From the NCBI GenBank assembly GCA_038235705.1, contig JBBSTR010000004.1, positions 133 through 64,132 on the forward strand: DNA of 64,000 bases, written 5' to 3'. Below the pieces are notes generated by a model, which saw nothing but the letters and a program-made list of their open reading frames with translations, had not been told where the DNA came from and searched no databases. Positions 56,627 through 64,000 of this stretch are shown piece by piece; within the stretch, counting starts at the first letter, position 1; each line of letters opens with the position of its first letter. The DNA comes from Mycobacteriales bacterium (GTDB taxonomy: Bacteria; Actinomycetota; Actinomycetes; Mycobacteriales; SCTD01). A program made the translations under genes and the position numbers.

Positions 56627-56983
56627 ATGAACGTTTTCTTCCCCTTGTGCGTTTTCCTGTTCATCGGGGTCTGCTGCTATGTCCAGCGTGGAGGCGCCTC
56701 ACGTCGCCAGACGCGGTGGATGACAGCCGTGGCGGCCGTCCTCATGGCGGTCGCTGTCCTCAACTACGCGACCTCACCTGCGCGGGCGGCCGATCCGCTC
56801 GGTGCTGGCGTGCGGCCGGCATCCGACGCCACCTCACGTCAGGTCGGCGCGCCTGACGTGAGCGCCGGTCAAGATCGGGCCCAGCAACCGCTGCCTTCAC
56901 CTGACCTGCTGCAGCACGACACCGGTCGGACCCCCGAGCAGGGTCCGACCGGTGTCGTCCATCGAGCGGCGTGGGCCTGCTAG
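56627..56983 (+). CDS. Small hypothetical membrane protein
   Basis: AGGAGAG RBS; two hydrophobic helices in the first ~50 aa; lower GC; C-terminal half may be read-through. Confidence 0.45.
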   Translation: MNVFFPLCVFLFIGVCCYVQRGGASRRQTRWMTAVAAVLMAVAVLNYATSPARAADPLGAGVRPASDATSRQVGAPDVSAGQDRAQQPLPSPDLLQHDTGRTPEQGPTGVVHRAAWAC

Positions 56984-59784
56984 CTGCAGCCGCTCGTGCT
57001 CCCGCACGACTCGCAGACATAGCAGGAGCCGGCCGGGCGCATCTTGACGCCACAGCTCATGCACAGCGGAGCATCGGCGGCCGCGCCCTGCATGGCTTCC
57101 AGCAGCTCGGTCGAGCTGTGGACCTGGGCGTCCGCGGGCCGGGCCCGCGGCTTCTCGACCGGGAGCGAGGTCGCCATGCTCGTGACGTCGAGGTCGTCGT
57201 CGCTGTCGGCCGTAGCGCCGTACGAGGTGCCGGCGACGGTTGCCGCCCGCTCCTCGGCGGTGAAGATCCCCAGCTCCGCGCGGCTCTCGTACGCCAGGTA
57301 GTCCAGTGCGAGGCGTCGGAACAGGTAGTCCATGATCGACTGCGCGATGCGGACGTCCGCATCGTCGGTGAGCCCGGCCGGGTCGAAGCGCATGTTGATG
57401 TACTTCGACACGAAGGCCTCGAGCGGCACGCCGTACTGCAGGCCGATCGAGATCGACACCGAGAAGGCGTCCATCACACCGGCGAGCGTGCTGCCCTGCT
57501 TGCTCATCTTGATGAAGACCTCGCCGAGCCGACCGTCGTCGTACTCCCCCGCGGTCATGTAACCCTCAGCGCCGGCGACCGAGAAGGACACGGTCTGGCT
57601 GCGCCGCTTCTTCGGCAGGCGGGTGCGCGACGGCTTGTATTCCACGACGACCTCAGGGTCGCCCTTCTCGCTGTCGCTCTTGGACTGCAGCGGCTGACCG
57701 ACCTTGGAGTTGTTGCGGTAGATCGCGAGCGCCTTCAGGCCGAGCTTCCAGCCCTGGAGGTAGACGTCGGCCACCTCGTCGACGGTGGCCTCGGCCGGCA
57801 GGTTGACGGTCTTGGACAGCGCCCCGGAGACGAACGGCTGGATCGCGGCCATCATTCGTACGTGGCCCATCGCGGAGATGGACCGCTCGCCCATCGCGCA
57901 GTCGAAGACCTCATAGTGCTCGGTCCGCAGGCCGGGTGCGTCCACGACGACGCCCCTGTCCGCGACGTGCTCGACGATCGCCTCGACCTGCTCGTCGTGG
58001 TAGCCCAGCGAGCGCAGCGCGCGCGGCACGGTCTGGTTGACGATCTGCATCGAACCGCCGCCGACCAGCTTCTTGAACTTCACCAGCGCCAGGTCGGGCT
58101 CGAGGCCGGTGGTGTCGCAGTCCATCATCAGGCCGATGGTGCCGGTCGGGGCGATGACGCTGGCCTGCGCGTTGCGGTAGCCGTTGTCCTCGCCGAGGGT
58201 CAGGCACTGCTGCCAGACCTTGCCGGCCTCACGCACGATCCGGCCGTCCTCGGCGCCGACGGCCCGCAGGGTGTCGTTGGCGGCAGCATGCTTGCGCATC
58301 ACCCGCTTGTGGGCGTCGGCGTTGCGGGCGTAGCCGGCGTAGGGGCCGACGACGGCCGCCAGCTCCGCGCTGCGCTTGTAGGCGGTGCCGGTCATCAGGC
58401 TGGTGATGGCGCCGGCGAGGGCGCGACCGCCGTCGGAGTCGTAGGCGTGGCCGGTGGCCATGAGCAGGGCGCCGAGGTTGGCGTAGCCGATCCCCAGCTG
58501 GCGGAAGTTGCGGGTGGTCTCACCGATCGGCTCGGTCGGGAAGTCGGCGAAACAGATCGAGATGTCCATCGCGGTGATGATGATCTCCACCGACTTGGCG
58601 AAGCGCACGCTGTCGAAGGTGCCGTCGTCGCCGAGGAAGGTCATCAGGTTGAGCGAGGCCAGGTTGCAGCTCGAGTTGTCCAGAGACATGTATTCGCTGC
58701 ACGGGTTCGACGCCGTGATGCGGCCGGACTCCGGGGTGGTGTGCCAGTCGTTGATCGTGTCGTCGTACTGGATCCCCGGGTCGGCGCACTCCCAGGCCGC
58801 CTGGGCGAGCTTGCCCCAGATGCGGCGCGCCTGGACGGTCTCGATGACACGGTTGTCGGCGCGGGCACGCAGACCGAAGTCGGTGTCGTCCTCGACGGCG
58901 CGCATGAACTCGTCGCTGACCCGGACCGAGTTGTTGGCGTTCTGGTACTGCACACTCACGATGTCCTTGCCGCCGAGGTCCATGTCGAAGCCGGCGTCAC
59001 GAAGGGCGCGAATCTTGTCCTCCTCGCGCGCCTTGGTGTCGATGAACTCCTCGATGTCGGGGTGGTCGACGTCCAGCACGACCATCTTCGCGGCCCGACG
59101 CGTCGCCCCGCCGCTCTTGATGGTGCCGGCCGAGGCGTCCGCGCCGCGCATGAACGAGACCGGTCCGCTGGCGGTGCCGCCGGAGGACAGCAGCTCCTTG
59201 CTCGAACGGATGCGCGAGAGGTTGAGGCCGGCGCCGGAGCCGCCCTTGAAGATCAGACCCTCCTCGCGGTACCAGTTGAGGATCGAGTCCATGGTGTCGT
59301 CGACCGCGAGGATGAAGCACGCGCTGACCTGCTGCGGAGCAGTCGTCCCGACGTTGAACCACACGGGAGAGTTGAAGCTGAAGACCTGGTGGAGAAGCAT
59401 CCAGGTCAGCTCGCGCTCGAACAGCTCGGCGTCGTCCTCGGTGGCGAAGTAGTCGTAGTCGCGTCCGGCCTTGCCGTAGGTCGTGACGACGCGGTCGATG
59501 AGCTGGCGCAGGCTCTGCTCGCGGGTCGGGCTGCCGACCGCGCCACGGAAGTACTTCGTGGTGACGATGTTGGCGGCGTTGACCGACCAGGAGGCCGGGA
59601 ACTCGACGCCGCGCTGCTCGAAGTTGATCGTTCCGTCGCGCCAGTTGGTCATGACGACGTCCCGGCGCTCCCAGGTGACCTCGTCGTAGGGGTGCACGCC
59701 CGGCGTCGTGTGCACACGCTCAACGGTCAGCCGCGAGCCGCCTCGGTGCGTCTGCGGTCCGGCGCCGTTCACCGTCTCGGTCAT
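56980..59784 (-). CDS. nrdJ: Vitamin B12-dependent (class II) ribonucleotide reductase
   Basis: FNSPVWFN, SACFI, RRAAKM, ASNPCSEY, IAPTGTI, SKTVN, TSCPD-like domain and C-terminal Zn ribbon CMSC..CYVCESCG. Confidence 0.97.
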   Translation of the reverse strand: MTETVNGAGPQTHRGGSRLTVERVHTTPGVHPYDEVTWERRDVVMTNWRDGTINFEQRGVEFPASWSVNAANIVTTKYFRGAVGSPTREQSLRQLIDRVVTTYGKAGRDYDYFATEDDAELFERELTWMLLHQVFSFNSPVWFNVGTTAPQQVSACFILAVDDTMDSILNWYREEGLIFKGGSGAGLNLSRIRSSKELLSSGGTASGPVSFMRGADASAGTIKSGGATRRAAKMVVLDVDHPDIEEFIDTKAREEDKIRALRDAGFDMDLGGKDIVSVQYQNANNSVRVSDEFMRAVEDDTDFGLRARADNRVIETVQARRIWGKLAQAAWECADPGIQYDDTINDWHTTPESGRITASNPCSEYMSLDNSSCNLASLNLMTFLGDDGTFDSVRFAKSVEIIITAMDISICFADFPTEPIGETTRNFRQLGIGYANLGALLMATGHAYDSDGGRALAGAITSLMTGTAYKRSAELAAVVGPYAGYARNADAHKRVMRKHAAANDTLRAVGAEDGRIVREAGKVWQQCLTLGEDNGYRNAQASVIAPTGTIGLMMDCDTTGLEPDLALVKFKKLVGGGSMQIVNQTVPRALRSLGYHDEQVEAIVEHVADRGVVVDAPGLRTEHYEVFDCAMGERSISAMGHVRMMAAIQPFVSGALSKTVNLPAEATVDEVADVYLQGWKLGLKALAIYRNNSKVGQPLQSKSDSEKGDPEVVVEYKPSRTRLPKKRRSQTVSFSVAGAEGYMTAGEYDDGRLGEVFIKMSKQGSTLAGVMDAFSVSISIGLQYGVPLEAFVSKYINMRFDPAGLTDDADVRIAQSIMDYLFRRLALDYLAYESRAELGIFTAEERAATVAGTSYGATADSDDDLDVTSMATSLPVEKPRARPADAQVHSSTELLEAMQGAAADAPLCMSCGVKMRPAGSCYVCESCGSTSGCS

Positions 59785-59916
59785 GGGTTCCTTCTTTCTT
59801 CACAGGCTTCAACAACGACGGGCTGCGCAGCATTGCGGGTGCGCCCGTCTTGGGGGGCGTGGTGCGGTCGTGACGTGGTGCGGGGCGAACGGATCGAGCA
59901 GGACGTAAGGCGTGGT

Positions 59917-60384
59917 TCAGGCGGTCGGCACGGGGGTTTCTCGCTCGGCCCGCAGCGAGCCGATCTCGGCCTCGAAGTCATGGAGCGACTCGAAGGACTT
60001 GTAGACGCTCGCGAAGCGCAGGTAAGCGACCTCGTCGAGCAGCCGGAGCGGCCGCAGGATGGCGAGACCGACCTCGTGGGCGGGCACCTCGGCTGCGCCA
60101 CCGTCGCGCAGGGCATCCTCGACCTGTTGGGCGAGCAGCGCGAGCGCGTCCTCGTCCACAGGCCGGCCCTGGCACGCCTTGCGCACCCCGGCCACGACCT
60201 TGTCGCGCCGGAACGGCTCGGTGACACCGGAGCGCTTGACGACGGCGAGCGACATCTCCTCGACCGTGGTGAAGCGCCGTGAGCAGGACGAACACTGACG
60301 GCGTCGCCGGATCGCGTCGCCGTCCTGGGCCTCGCGGCTGTCGACGACCCGGCTGTCGCCGTGCCGGCAGTAGGGGCAGCGCAC
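59917..60384 (-). CDS. nrdR: Transcriptional repressor NrdR
   Basis: MRCPYC, DSR, IRRRRQC..C..RFTT.E, VVKRSG and [12 protein letters not shown] motifs. Confidence 0.98.
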   Translation of the reverse strand: MRCPYCRHGDSRVVDSREAQDGDAIRRRRQCSSCSRRFTTVEEMSLAVVKRSGVTEPFRRDKVVAGVRKACQGRPVDEDALALLAQQVEDALRDGGAAEVPAHEVGLAILRPLRLLDEVAYLRFASVYKSFESLHDFEAEIGSLRAERETPVPTA

Positions 60385-60413
60385 GTCTGACCGACCCCTT
60401 CCCGCGGGCCTCG

Positions 60414-60456
60414 CCGTCCACAGCCTGTGTGCACGGTCTCCACAACCTGTGGAGAA
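60414..60456. promoter_or_regulatory. Two inverted pairs of DnaA-box-like 9-mers with 3-bp spacers upstream of nrdR
   Basis: CCGTCCACA-gcc-TGTGTGCAC and GTCTCCACA-acc-TGTGGAGAA. Confidence 0.5.
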
Positions 60457-60486
60457 CTACACCTGTGTAAGTCCCAGATGTTGTGT
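60440..60486. promoter_or_regulatory. Tandem NrdR boxes
   Basis: CCACAACCTGTGGAGA (60440-60455) and GTCCCAGATGTTGTGT (60471-60486), 31 bp apart, upstream of nrdR-nrdJ. Confidence 0.7.
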
Positions 60487-60649
60487 CCGTGAACCTAGAG
60501 GCCCACCAGGGGTTGCGCAAGCCCTGGCTGGGGCCGGGCGGTCTCGGACCGCGATCCCTGCAGGTCCGACGGGGTGCAGCCCCCGCACGGCTCAGGGGCG
60601 CGCTCGGGCGTGTCGTGCGCCACAGCCCTACCGAAGGTCGCATGGGTTG

Positions 60650-60671
60650 ACCGTGTCACCGCCCTACGACA
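60650..60671 (-). promoter_or_regulatory. PafBC/RecA-NDp-like promoter pointing toward nrdR
   Basis: TGTCGT-N10-CACGGT-N6-ATG; same geometry as the recC promoter with one mismatch per hexamer. Confidence 0.45.
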
Positions 60672-60706
60672 GAACCGCTCGTTCGCTCCCGCCTGCCGTA
60701 CCGGTC

Positions 60707-61276
60707 TCACGCCGGAGCAGTCGTGATCAGCGACCGGGAGGCGATCACGGTGACGAGGCAGGCGAGATCGTGCAGCTGTCCGACGTCCCGGCAGACACCC
60801 ACCACGAGCAGCCCGAGCGGGCTGCCGTCCGGCAGCCCGAGCACCACGGCCATCCCCCCGGCACGGCCACCCGGGACAGGCTGCTCCCGGAGCCACCCGA
60901 CCGCGCTTCCCTGAACGGTGTCGAACACCTCGGTCGACGTCGTCGGGTGCTGGGATCTGAGCAGACGGGCGAGCACGCCGGCCGCGTCGATGCCGGGGTG
61001 AGCAGGGACCGGGACGAGACTGGTGAGCACGTGCCAGCTGGCGTCGAGGCCGTCATGGTGGACCTCGATCACGCCGTGCGACAGCACCCCGGGCCGGGCA
61101 CGCCAGCGCAGCAGCCCCTGGACCACCTGCTCCCGGACAGCCGGCGGCAGACGCGCCGCGACCAGCTCCCGCAGCACGCGCTCGTCGTCGAGCGCGAGGT
61201 CCAGCCAGTCGTCCGGCAGGTGCAGCGCCACGACGGCGTCGTGGGCCCTGGGTGGCGTCGCAGAGGCCTCGCTCAC
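60707..61276 (-). CDS. Hypothetical protein, third gene of the WXG/T7SS-like cassette
   Basis: GTGA overlap with the upstream gene; L.LPDDW..L N-terminal motif; host-like codon bias. Confidence 0.7.
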   Translation of the reverse strand: MSEASATPPRAHDAVVALHLPDDWLDLALDDERVLRELVAARLPPAVREQVVQGLLRWRARPGVLSHGVIEVHHDGLDASWHVLTSLVPVPAHPGIDAAGVLARLLRSQHPTTSTEVFDTVQGSAVGWLREQPVPGGRAGGMAVVLGLPDGSPLGLLVVGVCRDVGQLHDLACLVTVIASRSLITTAPA

Positions 61277-62556
61277 CGGTCGAAGACCCCGGAACGCCCG
61301 CGGACCAGGTCTTCCTGCCGCTCACCCCACGGCGAACGTCCGTCCGGCCCCGGGGTGAACCCCCCGTCAACCGCGACCCCGTTCATCACCCTCGCCCCCC
61401 CACCGACGAAGACGTCGACGACCCGCCAGCCGGCCTCGGCGTCCTCCATCGGCGCGGCGCCGCGCCGCAGCACCCCGAGCGTGCCCAGGGGTCGTTCGCT
61501 CCGAGAGCCGAAGATCGTCCGATCGGTGCTGGTGAAGGCGCCCCCCTTGGCGGCCTTACCGAGCTGAGCAGCAGTGCCGAGCGCCCCCAGCCCGGCCAGC
61601 GTCGTCCCTGCTCCGACCCACACGTCCTTCGTCAATCCCCCGCTCCAGCTGCCCTGCGCCCCGACCGCGGCGCCATACGCCGACAGCGCGGACACCCCGC
61701 CCAGGACGAGCGCGGGCACGGCCAGCGGCTGGCACAACGGGATCAGCGCCAGGATGCTGAGGACCGACGACAGCATGCCGGTGAGGTCGCTGACGAAGGC
61801 CAGTGCATCCTGGTGCTGCTTGAGGAAACCCATCGTGTCCGCGGCCAGCTGCGCGTAGGGCGCGACGCACCAGTCCCAGCCAGCCGAGGCGGCGTCGCCG
61901 ATCGCCCCCGCCGCTTGGCCCAGCAGCCCGGGACCCAGCGGTGCCAGCCCTTGGGCCACGAGCAACGCTCGCGCCGTGACGGCCGCCGCCTGAACCGTCG
62001 CGGTCCGTAGCCGCTCCGCCTCGGACCGCTCGTGCACCAGCTCGGCCTCGACCTGGGACAGACGCGCGCGACTGACCGCCAGCTCGCGGTCCACCTGCCC
62101 GGCACGCTCCACCCTTGGATCCGGCGAGGACCAAGCCGACAACGGTGGCGCCGCACCCGTCAGGCGCACGTAGGCGCCCAGGCTCTGCGCCTCCCAGGCG
62201 AGGCTGTCCGTCTGGTGCTGGAGCGTCTCGACGCGCCGGACCAGGTCGGCCGCCCGCGCTTCGAGGACGTCGGCCTGACGCTGGTGGTCCTCGAGCAGGT
62301 CGGCCCACCCGGTCAGCGCGGACCCGGCGGCCAGGAAGGACTGCTCGGCGCGCAGCAGCTGCTCGGGGGCCCGGACCCCGACCCGCTCACGAAAGGCCTC
62401 CGCAGCCTCCCCCCGCCACCGGCAGTCCTGACCGCGCAGGATGTCGGCCGCCCGCACCATGGCGTCGCCGCTGCGGCGAAGCGTCCCGGCGATGTCACGC
62501 ACCGTCGCCGGCGCTCCCGGACAGGGATCGAAGCCGAGGGCCGGGAACGCCCTCAT
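61273..62556 (-). CDS. Putative type VII-secreted protein (WXG100-like N-terminus, coiled coil, hydrophobic hairpin)
   Basis: FPALGFDP.PG start and WRGEAAEAFR (WxG) motif; heptad-rich middle; hydrophobic segment MLSSVLSILALIPLCQPLAVPALVLGGVSAL. Confidence 0.8.
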   Translation of the reverse strand: MRAFPALGFDPCPGAPATVRDIAGTLRRSGDAMVRAADILRGQDCRWRGEAAEAFRERVGVRAPEQLLRAEQSFLAAGSALTGWADLLEDHQRQADVLEARAADLVRRVETLQHQTDSLAWEAQSLGAYVRLTGAAPPLSAWSSPDPRVERAGQVDRELAVSRARLSQVEAELVHERSEAERLRTATVQAAAVTARALLVAQGLAPLGPGLLGQAAGAIGDAASAGWDWCVAPYAQLAADTMGFLKQHQDALAFVSDLTGMLSSVLSILALIPLCQPLAVPALVLGGVSALSAYGAAVGAQGSWSGGLTKDVWVGAGTTLAGLGALGTAAQLGKAAKGGAFTSTDRTIFGSRSERPLGTLGVLRRGAAPMEDAEAGWRVVDVFVGGGARVMNGVAVDGGFTPGPDGRSPWGERQEDLVRGRSGVFDR

Positions 62557-62846
62557 GCCTGCGGCCGGCAGATGCTGGTCAGCGCGGACTCGAGCGTCAC
62601 GAGGGCGTCATCCACACGTTGGAGGAACGACGCGGCCGAGGTGGCGAACTGCTCGATCAGGTCGAAACCGTGCTCCCAGCCCGCCAGGAAGTCCGACAAC
62701 GCCCCGCACACGTCGGGCTGCCCGACCGCCCCGGGGTCGGACGAGCGCAGCGCCGCGCGCGGAGCACTCAGCAGCGCGCCGGTGTCGGCCAGCGTCGCCT
62801 GCGCCCGGCCCAGCGCGGCGCCGTCCACGTGCAGGTCAGAAGGCAT
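62553..62846 (-). CDS. Small WXG100/ESX-like helical protein (97 aa)
   Basis: SDLHVDG..L, central ALSDF..GW..G, ~100-aa two-helix pattern; ATGA overlap with the next gene. Confidence 0.75.
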   Translation of the reverse strand: MPSDLHVDGAALGRAQATLADTGALLSAPRAALRSSDPGAVGQPDVCGALSDFLAGWEHGFDLIEQFATSAASFLQRVDDALVTLESALTSICRPQA

Positions 62847-62895
62847 GACGCGCACCGTACGGACGGAAAGGACTCCCGCCGAGTTCTCCACAGGT
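62847..62895 (-). promoter_or_regulatory. DnaA-box-like site plus putative leaderless promoter
   Basis: TGTGGAGAA (62892-62884), 24 nt, TACGGT (-10), 7 nt, ATG 62846. Confidence 0.55.
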
Positions 62896-62958
62896 GGATG
62901 CCGGTCGGGCCGTAGGTCACACTCTGAACCAGCCAGCCGTCTGATCGAGAGGCCCCCC

Positions 62959-64000
62959 GTGAGCCATCCCCGTACCGCTGTGATCGGCGCCGGTTCGTCC
63001 GGCATCACCACCCTGAAAGCGCTGCTCGAGGCGGGCGTGCCGACTGTCTGCTTCGAGAGCGGTGACCGGGTAGGCGGCAACTGGGTGTTCCAGAACAGCA
63101 ACGGCACGAGCGCCAGCTATCGCTCGCTGCACATCAACACCTCGCGGGAGCGCATGGAGTTCAGCGACTTCCCGATGCCGAGCCGCTACCCGGACTTCCC
63201 GCACCACACCCACATCGCCGAGTACTTCAACGACTACGTCGAGCGGTTCGGGCTCGCTGAGCACATCCTTTTCTCCACGACCGTGATCACAGCCGAACCG
63301 CGCCCCGGTGGCGGGTGGACGTTGCGGCTGAGCGACGGGTCGGTCGAGGAGTTCGACGCGCTGGTCGTCGCGAACGGCCACCACTGGGACCCCCGCTGGC
63401 CCGAGCCAGCCTTCCCTGGGTCCGAGGACTTCCCGGGTGTGCAGATGCATGCGCACCAGTTCGAGGACAACAGCGCATGGCGCGACAAGGCCGTGGTGGT
63501 GCTCGGGATGGGCAACTCAGCCATGGACATCGCGGTCGAGGCGTCCTGGGTGGCCGAGTCGGTCTACCTCAGCGCCCGTACGCCGGTGCACGTCATCCCG
63601 AAGTACGTCTTCGGCAAGCCGGTCGACCAGGTCGAAAGCCCTCTGGCCGCACGGCTGCTGCCGTGGAAGATGCGGCAGCGCCTCACCGAGACGATGCTCA
63701 AGCTGGCCGTCGGTGACCTACGGCGCTACGGGCTCGAGAAGCCCGCCCACGGGATGCTGCAGGCGCACGCCACGGTCAGCGACACGATCCTGTCGCGGCT
63801 GGCCCACGGGAAGGTGGTCGGCAAGCCGTCCATCGCACGGTTCGAGGGCTCGGACGTGGTGTTCAGCGACGGCACCCGGGTCCATGCCGACGTAGTCGTC
63901 TACGCCACCGGGTATCGCATCTCGTTCCCGTTCTTCGACAAGGCGGTCGTCGACGCACCCGACAATCGCATCTCGCTCTACAAGCGGGTCTTCCCGGTCG
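62959..64000 (+). CDS. Flavin-containing monooxygenase (truncated by window end)
   Basis: VIGAGSSG, GGNW, YRSLHINTS, FSDFPMP, VANGHHW, F.G..MHAHQF, VLGMGNSAMD and YATGY motifs. Confidence 0.92.
   Translation, partial: MSHPRTAVIGAGSSGITTLKALLEAGVPTVCFESGDRVGGNWVFQNSNGTSASYRSLHINTSRERMEFSDFPMPSRYPDFPHHTHIAEYFNDYVERFGLAEHILFSTTVITAEPRPGGGWTLRLSDGSVEEFDALVVANGHHWDPRWPEPAFPGSEDFPGVQMHAHQFEDNSAWRDKAVVVLGMGNSAMDIAVEASWVAESVYLSARTPVHVIPKYVFGKPVDQVESPLAARLLPWKMRQRLTETMLKLAVGDLRRYGLEKPAHGMLQAHATVSDTILSRLAHGKVVGKPSIARFEGSDVVFSDGTRVHADVVVYATGYRISFPFFDKAVVDAPDNRISLYKRVFPV

Noticed and set aside
56980..59916. Intein in nrdJ or cobalamin riboswitch between nrdR and nrdJ
   Set aside because: NrdJ length and motif spacing are ordinary with no splice-junction motifs; the 132-bp spacer lacks recognisable B12-box elements.
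56971..60282. 1103-aa plus-strand ORF and similar long ORFs (1142-2746, 4971-7076, 41402-43234, 43384-45291)
   Set aside because: These are antisense shadows of real high-GC genes, with no family motifs.
1..64000. CRISPR array, tRNA/rRNA, prophage or IS element
   Set aside because: No regularly spaced direct repeats, RNA gene signatures, integrase, transposase or phage structural genes were seen by eye.

Overview
High-GC actinobacterial chromosome segment, judged from gene families, many leaderless starts and LexA/PafBC/NrdR motif types. About 57 CDS are supportable. Core genes: hrpA, recC-recB-recD, alkB, nrdR-nrdJ (B12-dependent ribonucleotide reductase), a beta-PGM/GH65 pair, an amino-acid ABC transporter, acetoacetate-CoA ligase, kynU-kynA, a P450 and several oxidoreductases. 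I saw no rRNA, tRNA, CRISPR array, integrase or transposase. The most interesting signals are mostly intergenic. (1) A DnaA-box-like TGTGGASAA element lies exactly 37 nt upstream of two unrelated leaderless genes, a WXG100/T7SS-substrate-like three-gene cassette and a small orphan. (2) Two copies of a short inverted-repeat element lie about 55 kb apart. (3) There is an asnB plus membrane-anchored C39-like peptidase module with a coupled small ORF. (4) Two helical-domain GGEEF cyclases flank a relic of a third copy. (5) Several tiny gene relics survive (UvrD-like helicase, VapC, VOC). (6) There are clear PafBC- and LexA-type damage promoters, plus an orphaned PafBC-like promoter upstream of nrdR. 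All calls come from motif reading by eye; no database search was run. Many start codons were trimmed relative to the supplied ORF track.
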